DNA of 54,799 nucleotides from an uncultured Gemmatimonadaceae bacterium (GCA_964410055.1 CAYPGK010000009.1:5549-60347), one strand, 5' to 3'. Counted from the stretch's first letter, positions 35,290 to 44,567 are shown. Numbers and translations: made by a program. The notes: generated by a model not told the origin, from the sequence alone.

Positions 35290-36176
35290 CTCAGGTAATC
35301 CGTGAGCGAAGTCTGAAGAATCCGAGCGTTCGCGGCCAGGGCGGCCTGATAAGCGGTCTGCTGATGGATCAGCCGGGTCAGCGCTTCCTCCAGCTCGACG
35401 TCGGAAAGGTCGGAGCGGAAGGTCTTGAGCTGGACGTCCCACGCCTCGAGGTTGGCCTCGGCCATGTCGAGCGCGTTCTGGCGCGCGCCGACCTCGGCAA
35501 TGAGGTCCTGGACCGCGCCGAAGGCGCGATCGACCGAGGCGATCGAGGCGGAGACGGCGTCTTGATCGTTGGCGCCGAGCGCATCGGCGAGCTCGCGGAG
35601 CGAAGCGAAGACCTCGCTGTCGATGAAGACCGTTCCGCCGTCGTGCTGGGTGGCGATGAGATGGCCGCTCGCGATCTCGACCTGCCGGCCGCCGGCGTCG
35701 CGGGGCGGGAAGTCGGGATCGAACGCGCCGTCGGCATCGAACGGCCGGCGGTCGTCGAACGCACCGCCGAAGAGATAGCTGCCGTTGACGCGGGTATTGC
35801 CGAGCTGGATCGCTTCGGCGAGCAACTGTTCGACCTCGGCCTTCGCCGCGGCGCGGGTGTCTGCGTTCGCCGTGCCGGTCGCATTCGCGATGGCGAGCTC
35901 CCTGGCGCGGGTGAGGAGGTCGGTCAGGCTGCCGAGCACGCTCTCCTCGGCGGAGAGCCGGGTCCGCGCCGTGCCGATGTTGCGCCGGTACTGTTCGATG
36001 GCGCGGAGCTGACTGTCGGTGCGCACGACGGTGCCGGCGGCGACCGGGTCGTCGGACGGCCGGTGGATGCGCGAGCCGGAGACCACCTGCTTTTGCGCTT
36101 CGTGGATCGAGCGCAGCGTGGCCTGATAGTTGGTCAGCGTCTGGCGTTGCAGCAGACTGTTGGTGATCCTCGACAT
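35286..36176 (-). CDS. flgL: Hook-associated protein 3 FlgL
   Basis: MSRIT, SGSRIHRPSDDPVAA, NGSYLFGG, GARQN and C-terminal SLTDYLR. Confidence 0.92.
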   Translation of the reverse strand: MSRITNSLLQRQTLTNYQATLRSIHEAQKQVVSGSRIHRPSDDPVAAGTVVRTDSQLRAIEQYRRNIGTARTRLSAEESVLGSLTDLLTRARELAIANATGTANADTRAAAKAEVEQLLAEAIQLGNTRVNGSYLFGGAFDDRRPFDADGAFDPDFPPRDAGGRQVEIASGHLIATQHDGGTVFIDSEVFASLRELADALGANDQDAVSASIASVDRAFGAVQDLIAEVGARQNALDMAEANLEAWDVQLKTFRSDLSDVELEEALTRLIHQQTAYQAALAANARILQTSLTDYLR

Positions 36177-36236
36177 CGCCGCGGCGGTTCTGGTTCGGGG
36201 GCTGGCAGGGCCGACTTTGCCGGGCCGCTGACAGCA

Positions 36237-36264
36237 GTATCGTCACCAGGTTCACATAAGTTGA
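36237..36264 (-). promoter_or_regulatory. Putative sigma28 promoter of flgL-fliW
   Basis: Minus strand TCAA-N16-GACGATAC, about 60 nt upstream of the flgL ATG. Confidence 0.6.
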
Positions 36265-36360
36265 ATACGGCCCCGGAATGCCCGCGCCGGGCGGGAGCGC
36301 GGAGCCGGCCGTGGATGGGCCACCGTCGTTGTGGTTGGCATTTCTTTTCCCCGGAGAACG

Positions 36361-37764
36361 ATGGCAACGATCCTTTGCGTCGACGATGAACCCCCCGTCG
36401 TCCAGGTATTGAAGACGCTTCTGCAGCGTTCAGGTCACCAGGCGGTGGGCGTGCACAACGTGGAGGCGGCGTTCAACGTGCTTTCGCGCGGCGGTGTCGA
36501 CCTGATCATTTCCGATTACCGAATGCCGGACGCGACGGGGCTCGAGTTCCTCGCGCGGCTCGCGCAGGAGGGGTATGACACGCCGCTGGTCATGCTGACC
36601 GGGTACGCGAGCATCGAGCACGCGGTCGCCTCGATCAAGGCGGGCGCCGTCGACTACCTCACGAAGCCCGTGCGCGCCGAGCAGCTCGAGCTGGTGGTCG
36701 ACCAGGCGCTGGAGTTCAGTCGGCTGCGCCGTGAGAACGCCGCGCTGCGCGACGAGGTCAACCAGCTCCGGACCGAGCGCGAGCTGATCGGCGAGAGTCC
36801 CGTGTTCAAAAGGACGCTCGAGACGATCGCGATGGTCGCGCGCACGCGGGCTACGGTACTCCTGCAGGGCGAGTCCGGGACCGGGAAGGAGCTCCTCGCA
36901 CGCGCGATCCACAACGAGAGCGAGCGGCGCGACGGACCGTTCATCTCCGTCAACTGCGCCGCCATGCCGGAGCAGCTCGTCGAGAGCATCCTCTTCGGCC
37001 ACGAGAAGGGCGCCTTCACGGGCGCGATCCGGCAGGTCAAGGGTGCCTTCGAGCGGGCGCACCGGGGCACGCTCCTGCTCGACGAGGTCTCGGAGATGCG
37101 CCTCGACCTCCAGGCCAAGCTGCTCCGCGTGCTGCAGGAGCAGGAGTTCGAGCGCGTGGGCGGCACGACGCCCGTGCGCGTCGACGTCCGCATCGTCGCC
37201 ACGACCAACCGCGACCTCGCGGCCGAGGTCCAGGCCGGAAACTTCCGCGAGGACCTCTTCTACCGCCTCAGCGTCGTGCCGGTCTCCGTCCCGCCGCTCC
37301 GCGAGCGCGCAGACGACATCCCGCTCCTCGCCCACCGCTTCGCACAGCGCGTCGCCCGCGAGATCGGCAAGGAGTTCCACGGACTCTCGCCGGAGACCAT
37401 CGAGATGCTCCGCGGCTATTCCTGGCCCGGCAACGTGCGCGAGCTCGCGCACACCATCGAGCGCGCCGTGATCCTGGCGCCCGAGCCGGTCCTCAAACCG
37501 TCGGCGTTCGACAGGGAACGCTTCGGACTGACCCCTGTCGGGCCCTCGCCGAACGGCACGGCGCAGCACCCCACCGGCGCGGCCGCCCAGGGCCACGCGG
37601 ACGGGCTCGTCGTCCTCGACACCCTCAACCTCGCCGAGGCCGAGAAGGTCCTCATCGAGCGCGCGCTCGAAGCGACCGACCAGAACCGCACGCGCGCAGC
37701 CGAGCTGCTCGGCATCAGCGTGCGCACCCTTCGCAACAAGCTCAACGTCAAGTCGACCGATTGA
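36361..37764 (+). CDS. Sigma54-dependent response regulator (REC-AAA+-Fis HTH), FlrC/FleR/FlgR-like
   Basis: VDDE and SDYRMP receiver; GESGTGKE, GAFTGA, LLDEV, FREDLFYRL, WPGNVREL; C-terminal HTH; directly upstream of flgB. Confidence 0.93.
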   Translation: MATILCVDDEPPVVQVLKTLLQRSGHQAVGVHNVEAAFNVLSRGGVDLIISDYRMPDATGLEFLARLAQEGYDTPLVMLTGYASIEHAVASIKAGAVDYLTKPVRAEQLELVVDQALEFSRLRRENAALRDEVNQLRTERELIGESPVFKRTLETIAMVARTRATVLLQGESGTGKELLARAIHNESERRDGPFISVNCAAMPEQLVESILFGHEKGAFTGAIRQVKGAFERAHRGTLLLDEVSEMRLDLQAKLLRVLQEQEFERVGGTTPVRVDVRIVATTNRDLAAEVQAGNFREDLFYRLSVVPVSVPPLRERADDIPLLAHRFAQRVAREIGKEFHGLSPETIEMLRGYSWPGNVRELAHTIERAVILAPEPVLKPSAFDRERFGLTPVGPSPNGTAQHPTGAAAQGHADGLVVLDTLNLAEAEKVLIERALEATDQNRTRAAELLGISVRTLRNKLNVKSTD

Positions 37765-37782
37765 GCCCGCCCCTGGCAAGGG

Positions 37783-37854
37783 CGGCAAAGGCGTCCGCCT
37801 CCGGCCGGCAGATTGTGCCGCCCTTGCCGGCCGGAGGCGTGCCCATCCTTGCCG
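37783..37854. promoter_or_regulatory. Putative enhancer boxes for the sigma54 activator
   Basis: CGGCA-aaggc-GTCCG (37783), CGGCA-gattg-TGCCG (37806), TGCCC-atcct-TGCCG (37840); same motif upstream of fliL. Confidence 0.55.
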
Positions 37855-37974
37855 GTTTCGTCCCGCCTGTGCGCCGACCGCGCGTTGTTTCATGAAATCG
37901 AAGTAACGTCCCAACAACAACTTACAAGGCCATCTCGCCTCCGTCGCCACGCCCGGAAGGACCGTGCCGGCGAT

Positions 37975-37989
37975 TGGAATGGAGCTTGC
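37975..37989 (+). promoter_or_regulatory. Sigma54 -24/-12 promoter of the flgB operon
   Basis: TGGAAT-GGAGC-TTGC versus consensus TGGCAC-N5-TTGC; AT-rich IHF-like tract at about 37890-37925. Confidence 0.75.
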
Positions 37990-38039
37990 CTTTCCACCGC
38001 GGCGGAATTCACGCACCCAGTCGCGGAGGCGATGACGCC

Positions 38040-38336
38040 ATGCTCCACGGGTTGATCGGCAAGTCGACGAGCGTCGACACGCTGAAAGGCGGCCTGGACG
38101 CATCCATGAGGCGGACCGAGGCGATCGCGCATCGGGTGGCGAACGCGGCGACGCCGGGGATGGAGGGGATGGAAGGGTTCGCGCGCGTGCTGGACGACGT
38201 GACCGGTGAGTCGACGGGCGTGGACCTGGAGGCGGAGATGGTCTCGTTGGCGGACGAGCAGATCCGCTACGACGCGATGTCGCGCCTGCTCCAGCGGGTC
38301 TACGAACAGGTCCGCATGAGCGTGAGGGGAGGCTGA
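38040..38336 (+). CDS. flgB: Basal-body rod protein FlgB (short, divergent)
   Basis: GGAGG RBS; AIAHRVANAATPG and VDLEAEM motifs; precedes flgC; 98 aa. Confidence 0.85.
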   Translation: MLHGLIGKSTSVDTLKGGLDASMRRTEAIAHRVANAATPGMEGMEGFARVLDDVTGESTGVDLEAEMVSLADEQIRYDAMSRLLQRVYEQVRMSVRGG

Positions 38337-38338
38337 TC

Positions 38339-38920
38339 GTGCCGATCCAGGGGACCGGGTTCGGCTCGATGCTGCGGCCGCTGTTCCGCGGGCTGGCGAT
38401 CTCGGCGAGCGGGCTATCGGCGCAGCGTCAGCGGATCGAGGTGATCGCGCACAACGTGGCCAACGCGGAGACGACGCGGACCGCCGAAGGCGGCGCGTAT
38501 CGCCGCAAGGTCGTCCAGCTCGAGGCGGAGCCGTTCGGGCTCGAAGGCACGGCGGCGGGCGCGGGCGGGGCGATCTGGCCGGGGTCGGGTGCCGCGGTGC
38601 CCGGCGTATTCGCGCCCGGGATCGATCCGGTCCGCGTGCCCGAGGTCCAGGCGCCGCGCGTGCCGGTGCCGGGTGCGGCGGAGTGGCCGGAGGTGGCGGG
38701 GGGCGTTCGTATCGCAGGCGTCGCGGAGGACGCGTCGGAGGGTCCGCTGGTCTACGACCCCGGGCACCCGGACGCGGATGAGACCGGCTACGTCCGGTAC
38801 CCGAACGTCCGGATCACGGACGAGATGATCGACCTGCTGGAAGCCCGCCGGATCTACGAGGCGAACGCGACGGTGTTCCAGGCGGTCAAGGCGATGTTGA
38901 AGCGGGCGATCGACATCTGA
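38339..38920 (+). CDS. flgC: Basal-body rod protein FlgC
   Basis: ISASGLSAQR, NVANAETT, YRRK, YDPGHPDAD..GYVRYPNV and YEAN motifs. Confidence 0.95.
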   Translation: MPIQGTGFGSMLRPLFRGLAISASGLSAQRQRIEVIAHNVANAETTRTAEGGAYRRKVVQLEAEPFGLEGTAAGAGGAIWPGSGAAVPGVFAPGIDPVRVPEVQAPRVPVPGAAEWPEVAGGVRIAGVAEDASEGPLVYDPGHPDADETGYVRYPNVRITDEMIDLLEARRIYEANATVFQAVKAMLKRAIDI

Positions 38921-38933
38921 GGAGTGGGACGAG

Positions 38934-39266
38934 ATGAGCGTGAACGGAGTCGCGACGGGCGCGGGAGGGATCGGTTACGGGTTTGACCGTGCCGCGCGCG
39001 GGGCAACGGAGCCCGCGGTCCGGGGCCCGGGCGTCGTCGACGGGAGCGGTGCCGCGCGGCGTGCGGACCGCCCGGGCGTTTCGGGTGCGCTCTCCGACGC
39101 GCCGCCGCCGGGCACGGACCCGGAGCTCTGGAGCGTGCTGACCACGGAAGAGCGTGCGTACTACGCGAAGGCGCAGTCGATGGGGCCGCTCACGTACCGG
39201 CCCGGCACGGCGTCGAGCCCCACGGCGCCGCCGGTCCGTGGCGGCCGCCTCGACGTGAGGGTTTGA
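38934..39266 (+). CDS. Hypothetical protein within the flagellar operon
   Basis: GAGGAG RBS; fills the flgC-fliE gap; core PPGTDPELWSVLTTEERAYY...GPLTY; C-terminal RGGRLDVRV. Confidence 0.75.
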   Translation: MSVNGVATGAGGIGYGFDRAARGATEPAVRGPGVVDGSGAARRADRPGVSGALSDAPPPGTDPELWSVLTTEERAYYAKAQSMGPLTYRPGTASSPTAPPVRGGRLDVRV

Positions 39267-39269
39267 GCC

Positions 39270-39587
39270 ATGCCGACGTCGATCGGAGGAATTGGCGCCC
39301 AGGGGATCGGCGGGGTCGGCGACCGTCGCGGGATCCCGGTCGGTGGACTCGCCCGCGCGGGCGGCGGCGAGTCGTTCGCAGACACGCTGAAGCGCGCGCT
39401 GGGCGATGTGCAGCAGCTCCAGGACGATGCGCGCGACGCGATCGCCCGCTTCGTCCGCGGCGAGCCCGTCGACCTGCACGCGGTCATGGCCGCGACGGAG
39501 GAGGCGGGGATCGCGCTCGAGCTGCTGATCGAGATTCGCAACAAGCTGACCGAGGCGTACCGCACGGTCGTGTCGATGCAGGCGTGA
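39270..39587 (+). CDS. fliE: Hook-basal body protein FliE
   Basis: SFADTL, DLHAVM and IRNKLTEAYR motifs. Confidence 0.93.
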   Translation: MPTSIGGIGAQGIGGVGDRRGIPVGGLARAGGGESFADTLKRALGDVQQLQDDARDAIARFVRGEPVDLHAVMAATEEAGIALELLIEIRNKLTEAYRTVVSMQA

Positions 39588-39607
39588 GCGGAGAACGTTA
39601 GTCGATT

Positions 39608-41104
39608 ATGCCACCCATCGTACAGGACTTCATCGACCGGTTCGGCCGGGGCCGTGCCCTGGCGCTGGTGCTGGTGGGGGTCGGATCGCTCGTGGCGATC
39701 TGGGCGTTCGCCCATTGGGCGACGGCGCCGACGTGGGTGCCGCTCTACAGCGGGCTCTCGCTCGACGTGGTCGGCGATGTCACGTCTCGCCTCGACGAGG
39801 CCGGGATCGAGTACCGGCTGGAGCGGGGCGGCGCGGAGCTGCACGTGGTGGAGGGCGACGTGGCCCGTGCCCGCGTGCTCCTGGCGCAGGCCGGCCTGCC
39901 GGCGCGGTCGCGCCCCGGCTTCGAGCTCTTCGACCAGCCGGCGTGGGGGATGACGGACTTCACGCAGCGGGTCAACTACCGCCGTGCGATCGAGGGCGAG
40001 CTGGAGCGGACGATCGCGCAAATGCGGGGAGTCGAGGCCGCCCAGGTCCACCTGGCGATGGGCGAGGGGCGGGTGTTCAGGCGCGCGGAGCGGCCGACCG
40101 AAGCCTCGGTCTTCCTCAAGCTGCGCGCGGGCGTCGAGGCGTCGGCCGAGATGGTCGAAGCGATCCGCTTCCTGGTGGCGAGCAGCGTGGAGGGGCTCCA
40201 GAGCGAGAACGTCACGGTGCTCAATGACCGGGGCCGGCTCCTCTCGGTGGCGGCGGAAGGCGCATCGACCGATCTGCTGACCAAGCGGCAGCTCGAGTAC
40301 CAGCGCGAGATCGAGAGCCGCCTCGAGCAGAAGGCGATCGACCTGGTCTCACAGGTGGTCGGCGCCGGGAACGTGGAGGTCCGCGTCGCGGCGTCGGTCA
40401 ACTTCGACCGGGTCGAGCGGACGACCCAGTCGGTCGACCCCCAGGAGCAGGTCGTGCTCCAGGAGCAGCGCTCGGAGATCGTGCCGGGGCCGAACACGCA
40501 GGGCGCGGGCTCGACCGTGGCGAACACGACGTACGACGTGACGCGGCAGGTCGAGACCTACGCCGGCGGCGTGGGCGTGATCGACCGCCTCACCGTCGCG
40601 GTCCTCGTCAACGATCGCCTCGTGGTGGACGGCGACAGCGCGCGGATGGTCCCGCGCACCGAGGAGGAGCTCCGGCAGGTCGAGGCGCTGGTGCGGAACG
40701 CGGTCGGGTTCAGGCCCGAGCGCGGCGACGAGATCACGGTGGTCGGCGCGGCGTTCGATCAGCGAGGTCTCCTCACGCTCGCGCGTGACGACGGGCCGGG
40801 GATCATCGGATTCCTGCGCACGTTCCAGCGTCCGCTGGTCGGGCTCGTGGCGGTCGTGCTCGTCTTCATCATCGCGATGCGCGTGATCCGCTCCCTGCCG
40901 CGTGTGGTCGAGCCGCTGGGTGAGCCGATCCCGGCCATGGCCGGCGGCGCCCCGCCCCTCGAGGACGGTGAGGACGATCTCAAACTGCCGCCGCATCCGG
41001 CGGTCGAGGAAGCATACATCGAAGGGCGAGAGCAGGTGAGCGCCCTCTTGCAGAAGCGGCCCGAGAACGCCGCGCGCGTGCTCCGCGCATGGCTGAGGGA
41101 GTGA
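39608..41104 (+). CDS. fliF: MS-ring protein FliF
   Basis: LYSGL, GFELFD, TDFTQRVNYRRAIEGELERTI, ASSVEGL, RLTVAVLV; two TMs. Confidence 0.95.
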   Translation: MPPIVQDFIDRFGRGRALALVLVGVGSLVAIWAFAHWATAPTWVPLYSGLSLDVVGDVTSRLDEAGIEYRLERGGAELHVVEGDVARARVLLAQAGLPARSRPGFELFDQPAWGMTDFTQRVNYRRAIEGELERTIAQMRGVEAAQVHLAMGEGRVFRRAERPTEASVFLKLRAGVEASAEMVEAIRFLVASSVEGLQSENVTVLNDRGRLLSVAAEGASTDLLTKRQLEYQREIESRLEQKAIDLVSQVVGAGNVEVRVAASVNFDRVERTTQSVDPQEQVVLQEQRSEIVPGPNTQGAGSTVANTTYDVTRQVETYAGGVGVIDRLTVAVLVNDRLVVDGDSARMVPRTEEELRQVEALVRNAVGFRPERGDEITVVGAAFDQRGLLTLARDDGPGIIGFLRTFQRPLVGLVAVVLVFIIAMRVIRSLPRVVEPLGEPIPAMAGGAPPLEDGEDDLKLPPHPAVEEAYIEGREQVSALLQKRPENAARVLRAWLRE

Positions 41105-41114
41105 CGGAAGTGCC

Positions 41115-42152
41115 ATGGCGAACACTGCGGTCCAGTTGAAAAAGCGTACGGCCAACGATCTGACGGGCCGTCAGAAGGCGGCGGTGCTGCTGATGGCGCT
41201 CGGGCCGGAGGCATCGAAGCCGATCACGCAGGCGCTGACTCCGGAGGAGGTCGAGGAGATCACGCTGGAGATCGCCCGGATGGAGACCGTGCCTCCGGAC
41301 GTGGTCGAGGCGGTGCTCGACGAGTGGCGCCGGACGGAAGAGGCCGCGTACTCGCTCGCGCAGGGCGGCGTCGAGTACGCGAAGCAGATCCTCGAGCAGA
41401 CGTTCGGGCCGCAACGCGCGGCGGTCATCCTCAAGCGGATCGAGAGCCAGCTCCGTGAATCGGCGGGGTTCCGCGTGCTCCGCAACGCGGACCCGCACCA
41501 GTTGACGACCGTGCTGCGCAACGAGCACCCCCAGACCATTTCGTTGATCCTGGCCCACCTCGAGCCCGCGCTCGTGGCGGACGTGCTCAAGCAGCTCGAC
41601 CCCAAGCTGGGCGCTGCGGTGCTGTACCGCATGGCGCGGATGGACAAGGTGCTGCCGGACGTGTTGCAGGCGGTCGAGCGCTCGCTCGGCAGCGACGCGA
41701 CGGTCTCCCTCGCCCAGGACGTGACGAAGGCGGGCGGCCCGGCCGCGGTCGCGGCGGTGCTGAACCACGTCGTCGGCGTCCTCGAGAAGGACCTGCTCGA
41801 TGGGCTCGAACAGCAGGACCCCGAGCTCTGCGAGGAGATCAAGAGCCTGATGTTCGTCTTCGAGGACATTGTCCGTCTGGACGACAAGGCGCTCCAGCGG
41901 GCGCTCCAGACGATCGATTCGCGCGAGCTCGCGCTGGCGCTCAAGGCGGCGAGCGACGAGGTGAAGTCGCGGATCCACGGCGTCATGTCGCAGCGGGCGA
42001 TCAACGCGCTCCAGGAGGAGATGGAGCTTCTGGGCCCGGTGCGGCTGCGTGACGTCGAGGAGGCGCAGGCCGCGATCGTGAAGTCCATCCGCATGCTGGA
42101 GGAGAGCGGTGAGATCGTCATCGGCGGGGCGGCAGATGAGTACGTCATCTGA
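41115..42152 (+). CDS. fliG: Motor switch protein FliG
   Basis: QKAAVLL, GGVEYA, EHPQT and MFVFED motifs. Confidence 0.96.
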   Translation: MANTAVQLKKRTANDLTGRQKAAVLLMALGPEASKPITQALTPEEVEEITLEIARMETVPPDVVEAVLDEWRRTEEAAYSLAQGGVEYAKQILEQTFGPQRAAVILKRIESQLRESAGFRVLRNADPHQLTTVLRNEHPQTISLILAHLEPALVADVLKQLDPKLGAAVLYRMARMDKVLPDVLQAVERSLGSDATVSLAQDVTKAGGPAAVAAVLNHVVGVLEKDLLDGLEQQDPELCEEIKSLMFVFEDIVRLDDKALQRALQTIDSRELALALKAASDEVKSRIHGVMSQRAINALQEEMELLGPVRLRDVEEAQAAIVKSIRMLEESGEIVIGGAADEYVI

Positions 42153-42777
42153 GCGTCCGGGCGTGCTCCCCGAGGAGCAGGGTGGCGGGCTGGTGCCATC
42201 GGAGTGGCTGCTTCCCGACGCGCGCGAGCCCGAGCCGCCGCCCGTCGACGTGGAGGCTCTGCGGCGCGAGGCCGAGCAGGCGTACGATCGCGGCTACGCC
42301 GAAGGGTTCGCCGCCGGCGTCGAGGAGGGGCGCAGGCACGAATCGAAGCGGATCGCACAAGCGGTCGCGGTCGCCGAATCGGTTGCCGAGGCGGTGCGCG
42401 CCTCCGAGCAGCGCTGGCTCGGCGCGCTCGAGGAGAATGTGTGCGCCCTGGCGATCGCCGTCGCGCGGCACGTGGTCGGCCGCGAGCTGCGCTCGGACGC
42501 CCAGACGATCGCCGAGCTGGTCCGGCGCGCGATCGCGGATTTCCCGGTCGACGAGCCGCTTCGCGTGCGGATCAACCCGCAGGACCTCTCGACGCTCTCG
42601 GCCGTCTCGCCCGTGGACGGCGAGCCGGTCGCCGTCGCTCGCGGGCGCGACCTGCGCTGGGTCGCCGACCCCGAGATCGGGCCGGGCGGCTTCGTCGTGG
42701 AAGGGCGCGAGCGGATCGTCGACGGTAGGATCGACCTCGCCCTCGAGCGCATCTACAGGAGCCTGATCCATGCTTGA
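42136..42777 (+). CDS. fliH: Flagellar export protein FliH
   Basis: AxxxGxxxG repeats (AYDRGYAEGFAAGVEEG), RINPQD, GGFVVE; lies between fliG and fliI. Confidence 0.88.
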   Translation: MSTSSERPGVLPEEQGGGLVPSEWLLPDAREPEPPPVDVEALRREAEQAYDRGYAEGFAAGVEEGRRHESKRIAQAVAVAESVAEAVRASEQRWLGALEENVCALAIAVARHVVGRELRSDAQTIAELVRRAIADFPVDEPLRVRINPQDLSTLSAVSPVDGEPVAVARGRDLRWVADPEIGPGGFVVEGRERIVDGRIDLALERIYRSLIHA

Positions 42778-44086
42778 GGTGCTGCTCCCGCGCATCGACC
42801 GGACGCCTCGCTTCGCGACCTACGGCCGCACGACGCGCGTCATCGGCCTCGTCATCGAGGCGACGGGGCTGGACCCCGCCCTCGGCGAGCTGTGCCGCAT
42901 CTCGAGCCTGTCCGGGAAGCACTCCGTCCTGGCGGAAGTGGTCGGCTTCCACGAGCGCGGGATCATGCTCATGCCGCTCGGCGGCGTCGACGGCGTACAC
43001 CCCGGCAGCGCGGTCGAGCCGCTCGGCCGCTCGCTCGGCGTCGACGTCGGCCCCGGCATGCTCGGCCGCGTCCTGAACGGACTCGGCCAGCCGATCGACG
43101 GGAAGGGGAGCATCGGCCCGACGCAGCGCGTGCCGCTCGTCGCCGCGCCGCTCAACCCCCTGGCCCGCAGCACGATCGACCGGCCGTTCGAGACCGGCGT
43201 GCGCGCGATCGATGGCATGATCTCCCTCGGCCGCGGCCAGCGCGTCGGGATCTTCGCCGGGAGCGGCGTCGGCAAGAGCACGCTGCTCGGGATGATCGCG
43301 CGCCGCGCGGCGGCCGACGTCAACGTGATCGCGCTCCTGGGCGAGCGCGGCCGCGAGGTGCGCGACTTCATCGAAGAGTCGCTCGGCCCGGAGGGTCTGG
43401 AGCGCTCGATCGTGATCGTCGCGACGGGCGATGAGTCCGCGCTCGTGCGTGCCCGCGGCGCCCTCGTCGCCACTGCGGTCGCCGAGTACTTCCGCGACCA
43501 GGGCAAGCAGGTCCTGCTCATGGTCGACTCGGTGACCCGCGTGGCCATGGCATGGCGCGAGATCGGGCTCGCCGTCGGCGAGCCGCCCACGACCAGGGGG
43601 TACCCGCCCTCCGTCTTCGCCTCGTTGCCGCGCCTCCTCGAGCGCGCAGGCAACGCTTCCACGGGCGGGATCACGGGGATCTACACGGTCCTGGTCGAAG
43701 GCGACGACTTCAACGAGCCGGTCGCGGACGCGGTTCGCGGGATCCTGGACGGCCACATCGTCCTGAGCCGCCGGATGGCGACGGCGGGCCACTTCCCGGC
43801 GATCGACGTGCTGGAGAGCGTGAGCCGCCTGCGCGACCGCGTGATCGACAAGGAGCACCGCAGCGCGGCGAACCGGGTGCAGCAGCTCCTGGCGGCGTAC
43901 CGGGAGAAGGAGGACCTGATCGCCGTCGGCGCGTACCAGCCGGGGAGCGACCGGGAGGTGGACGCGGCGATCGCATCGCGCGAGGCGATCCTCTCGTTCC
44001 TCCAGCAGCGGCCGGACGAGCAATCGAGCTTCGGTGAGAGTCGCGACCGCCTGGTGTCCCTTGCCGCCGCGGCCGCGGCCGACTGA
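42770..44086 (+). CDS. fliI: Flagellar export ATPase FliI
   Basis: AGSGVGKST, GERGREV, DSVTR, GYPPS and LDGHIVLSR motifs. Confidence 0.96.
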   Translation: MLEVLLPRIDRTPRFATYGRTTRVIGLVIEATGLDPALGELCRISSLSGKHSVLAEVVGFHERGIMLMPLGGVDGVHPGSAVEPLGRSLGVDVGPGMLGRVLNGLGQPIDGKGSIGPTQRVPLVAAPLNPLARSTIDRPFETGVRAIDGMISLGRGQRVGIFAGSGVGKSTLLGMIARRAAADVNVIALLGERGREVRDFIEESLGPEGLERSIVIVATGDESALVRARGALVATAVAEYFRDQGKQVLLMVDSVTRVAMAWREIGLAVGEPPTTRGYPPSVFASLPRLLERAGNASTGGITGIYTVLVEGDDFNEPVADAVRGILDGHIVLSRRMATAGHFPAIDVLESVSRLRDRVIDKEHRSAANRVQQLLAAYREKEDLIAVGAYQPGSDREVDAAIASREAILSFLQQRPDEQSSFGESRDRLVSLAAAAAAD

Positions 44087-44099
44087 TGCGGGGAAGACG

Positions 44100-44564
44100 A
44101 TGAAAAAGCCCACGTTCAAACTCCAGAAGGTGCTCGACCTGCGCCTGTGGCGTGAACAGGAGTCCGCACAACGCCTGGGCGAGGCGCAGCGGCAGATGGC
44201 GGAGGCGGAGCAAGCGGCCGACGCGCTGCGCGAGGTCCGCAAGAGCGGACTCGAGCAGTTCAGGCGCGCCCACGCGGTCGGCGGCCCCGTCGGCCAGCTC
44301 CAGAACCTGAGCTACGTGCTCGGTCGGCTGGATGCACGGATCGCCGAGGCCGACGCGCGTCGCCTCGAGGCTGAGCAGCGGGTGAATGCGACGCGGTCGG
44401 AGTACGCGATGGCGCTTCAAGAGAGGCGCGTGCTCGAGCGGCTGCGCGACCGGCACATGGAGCAGGCCCGTGCCGTGATCGCGCACGCCGAGGGGCTCGC
44501 TATGGACGACCTGGCCGTCACGCGACATGCGAGGCGTGCGGCCGACGCTGATCCGGAGGAATGA
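44100..44564 (+). CDS. fliJ: Flagellar export protein FliJ
   Basis: FKLQKVLDLR N-terminus, coiled coil, LERLRDR...MDDLA; follows fliI. Confidence 0.88.
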   Translation: MKKPTFKLQKVLDLRLWREQESAQRLGEAQRQMAEAEQAADALREVRKSGLEQFRRAHAVGGPVGQLQNLSYVLGRLDARIAEADARRLEAEQRVNATRSEYAMALQERRVLERLRDRHMEQARAVIAHAEGLAMDDLAVTRHARRAADADPEE

Positions 44565-44567
44565 GGC

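Noticed and set aside
35286-36176. Flagellin (fliC) call
   Set aside because: The PSDDP, YLFGG and SLxDYL motifs fit FlgL rather than flagellin.
36336-36350. Sigma54-like site TGGCAT-TTCTT-TTCC before the regulator
   Set aside because: The -12 GC is missing and the implied TSS would fall on the start codon.
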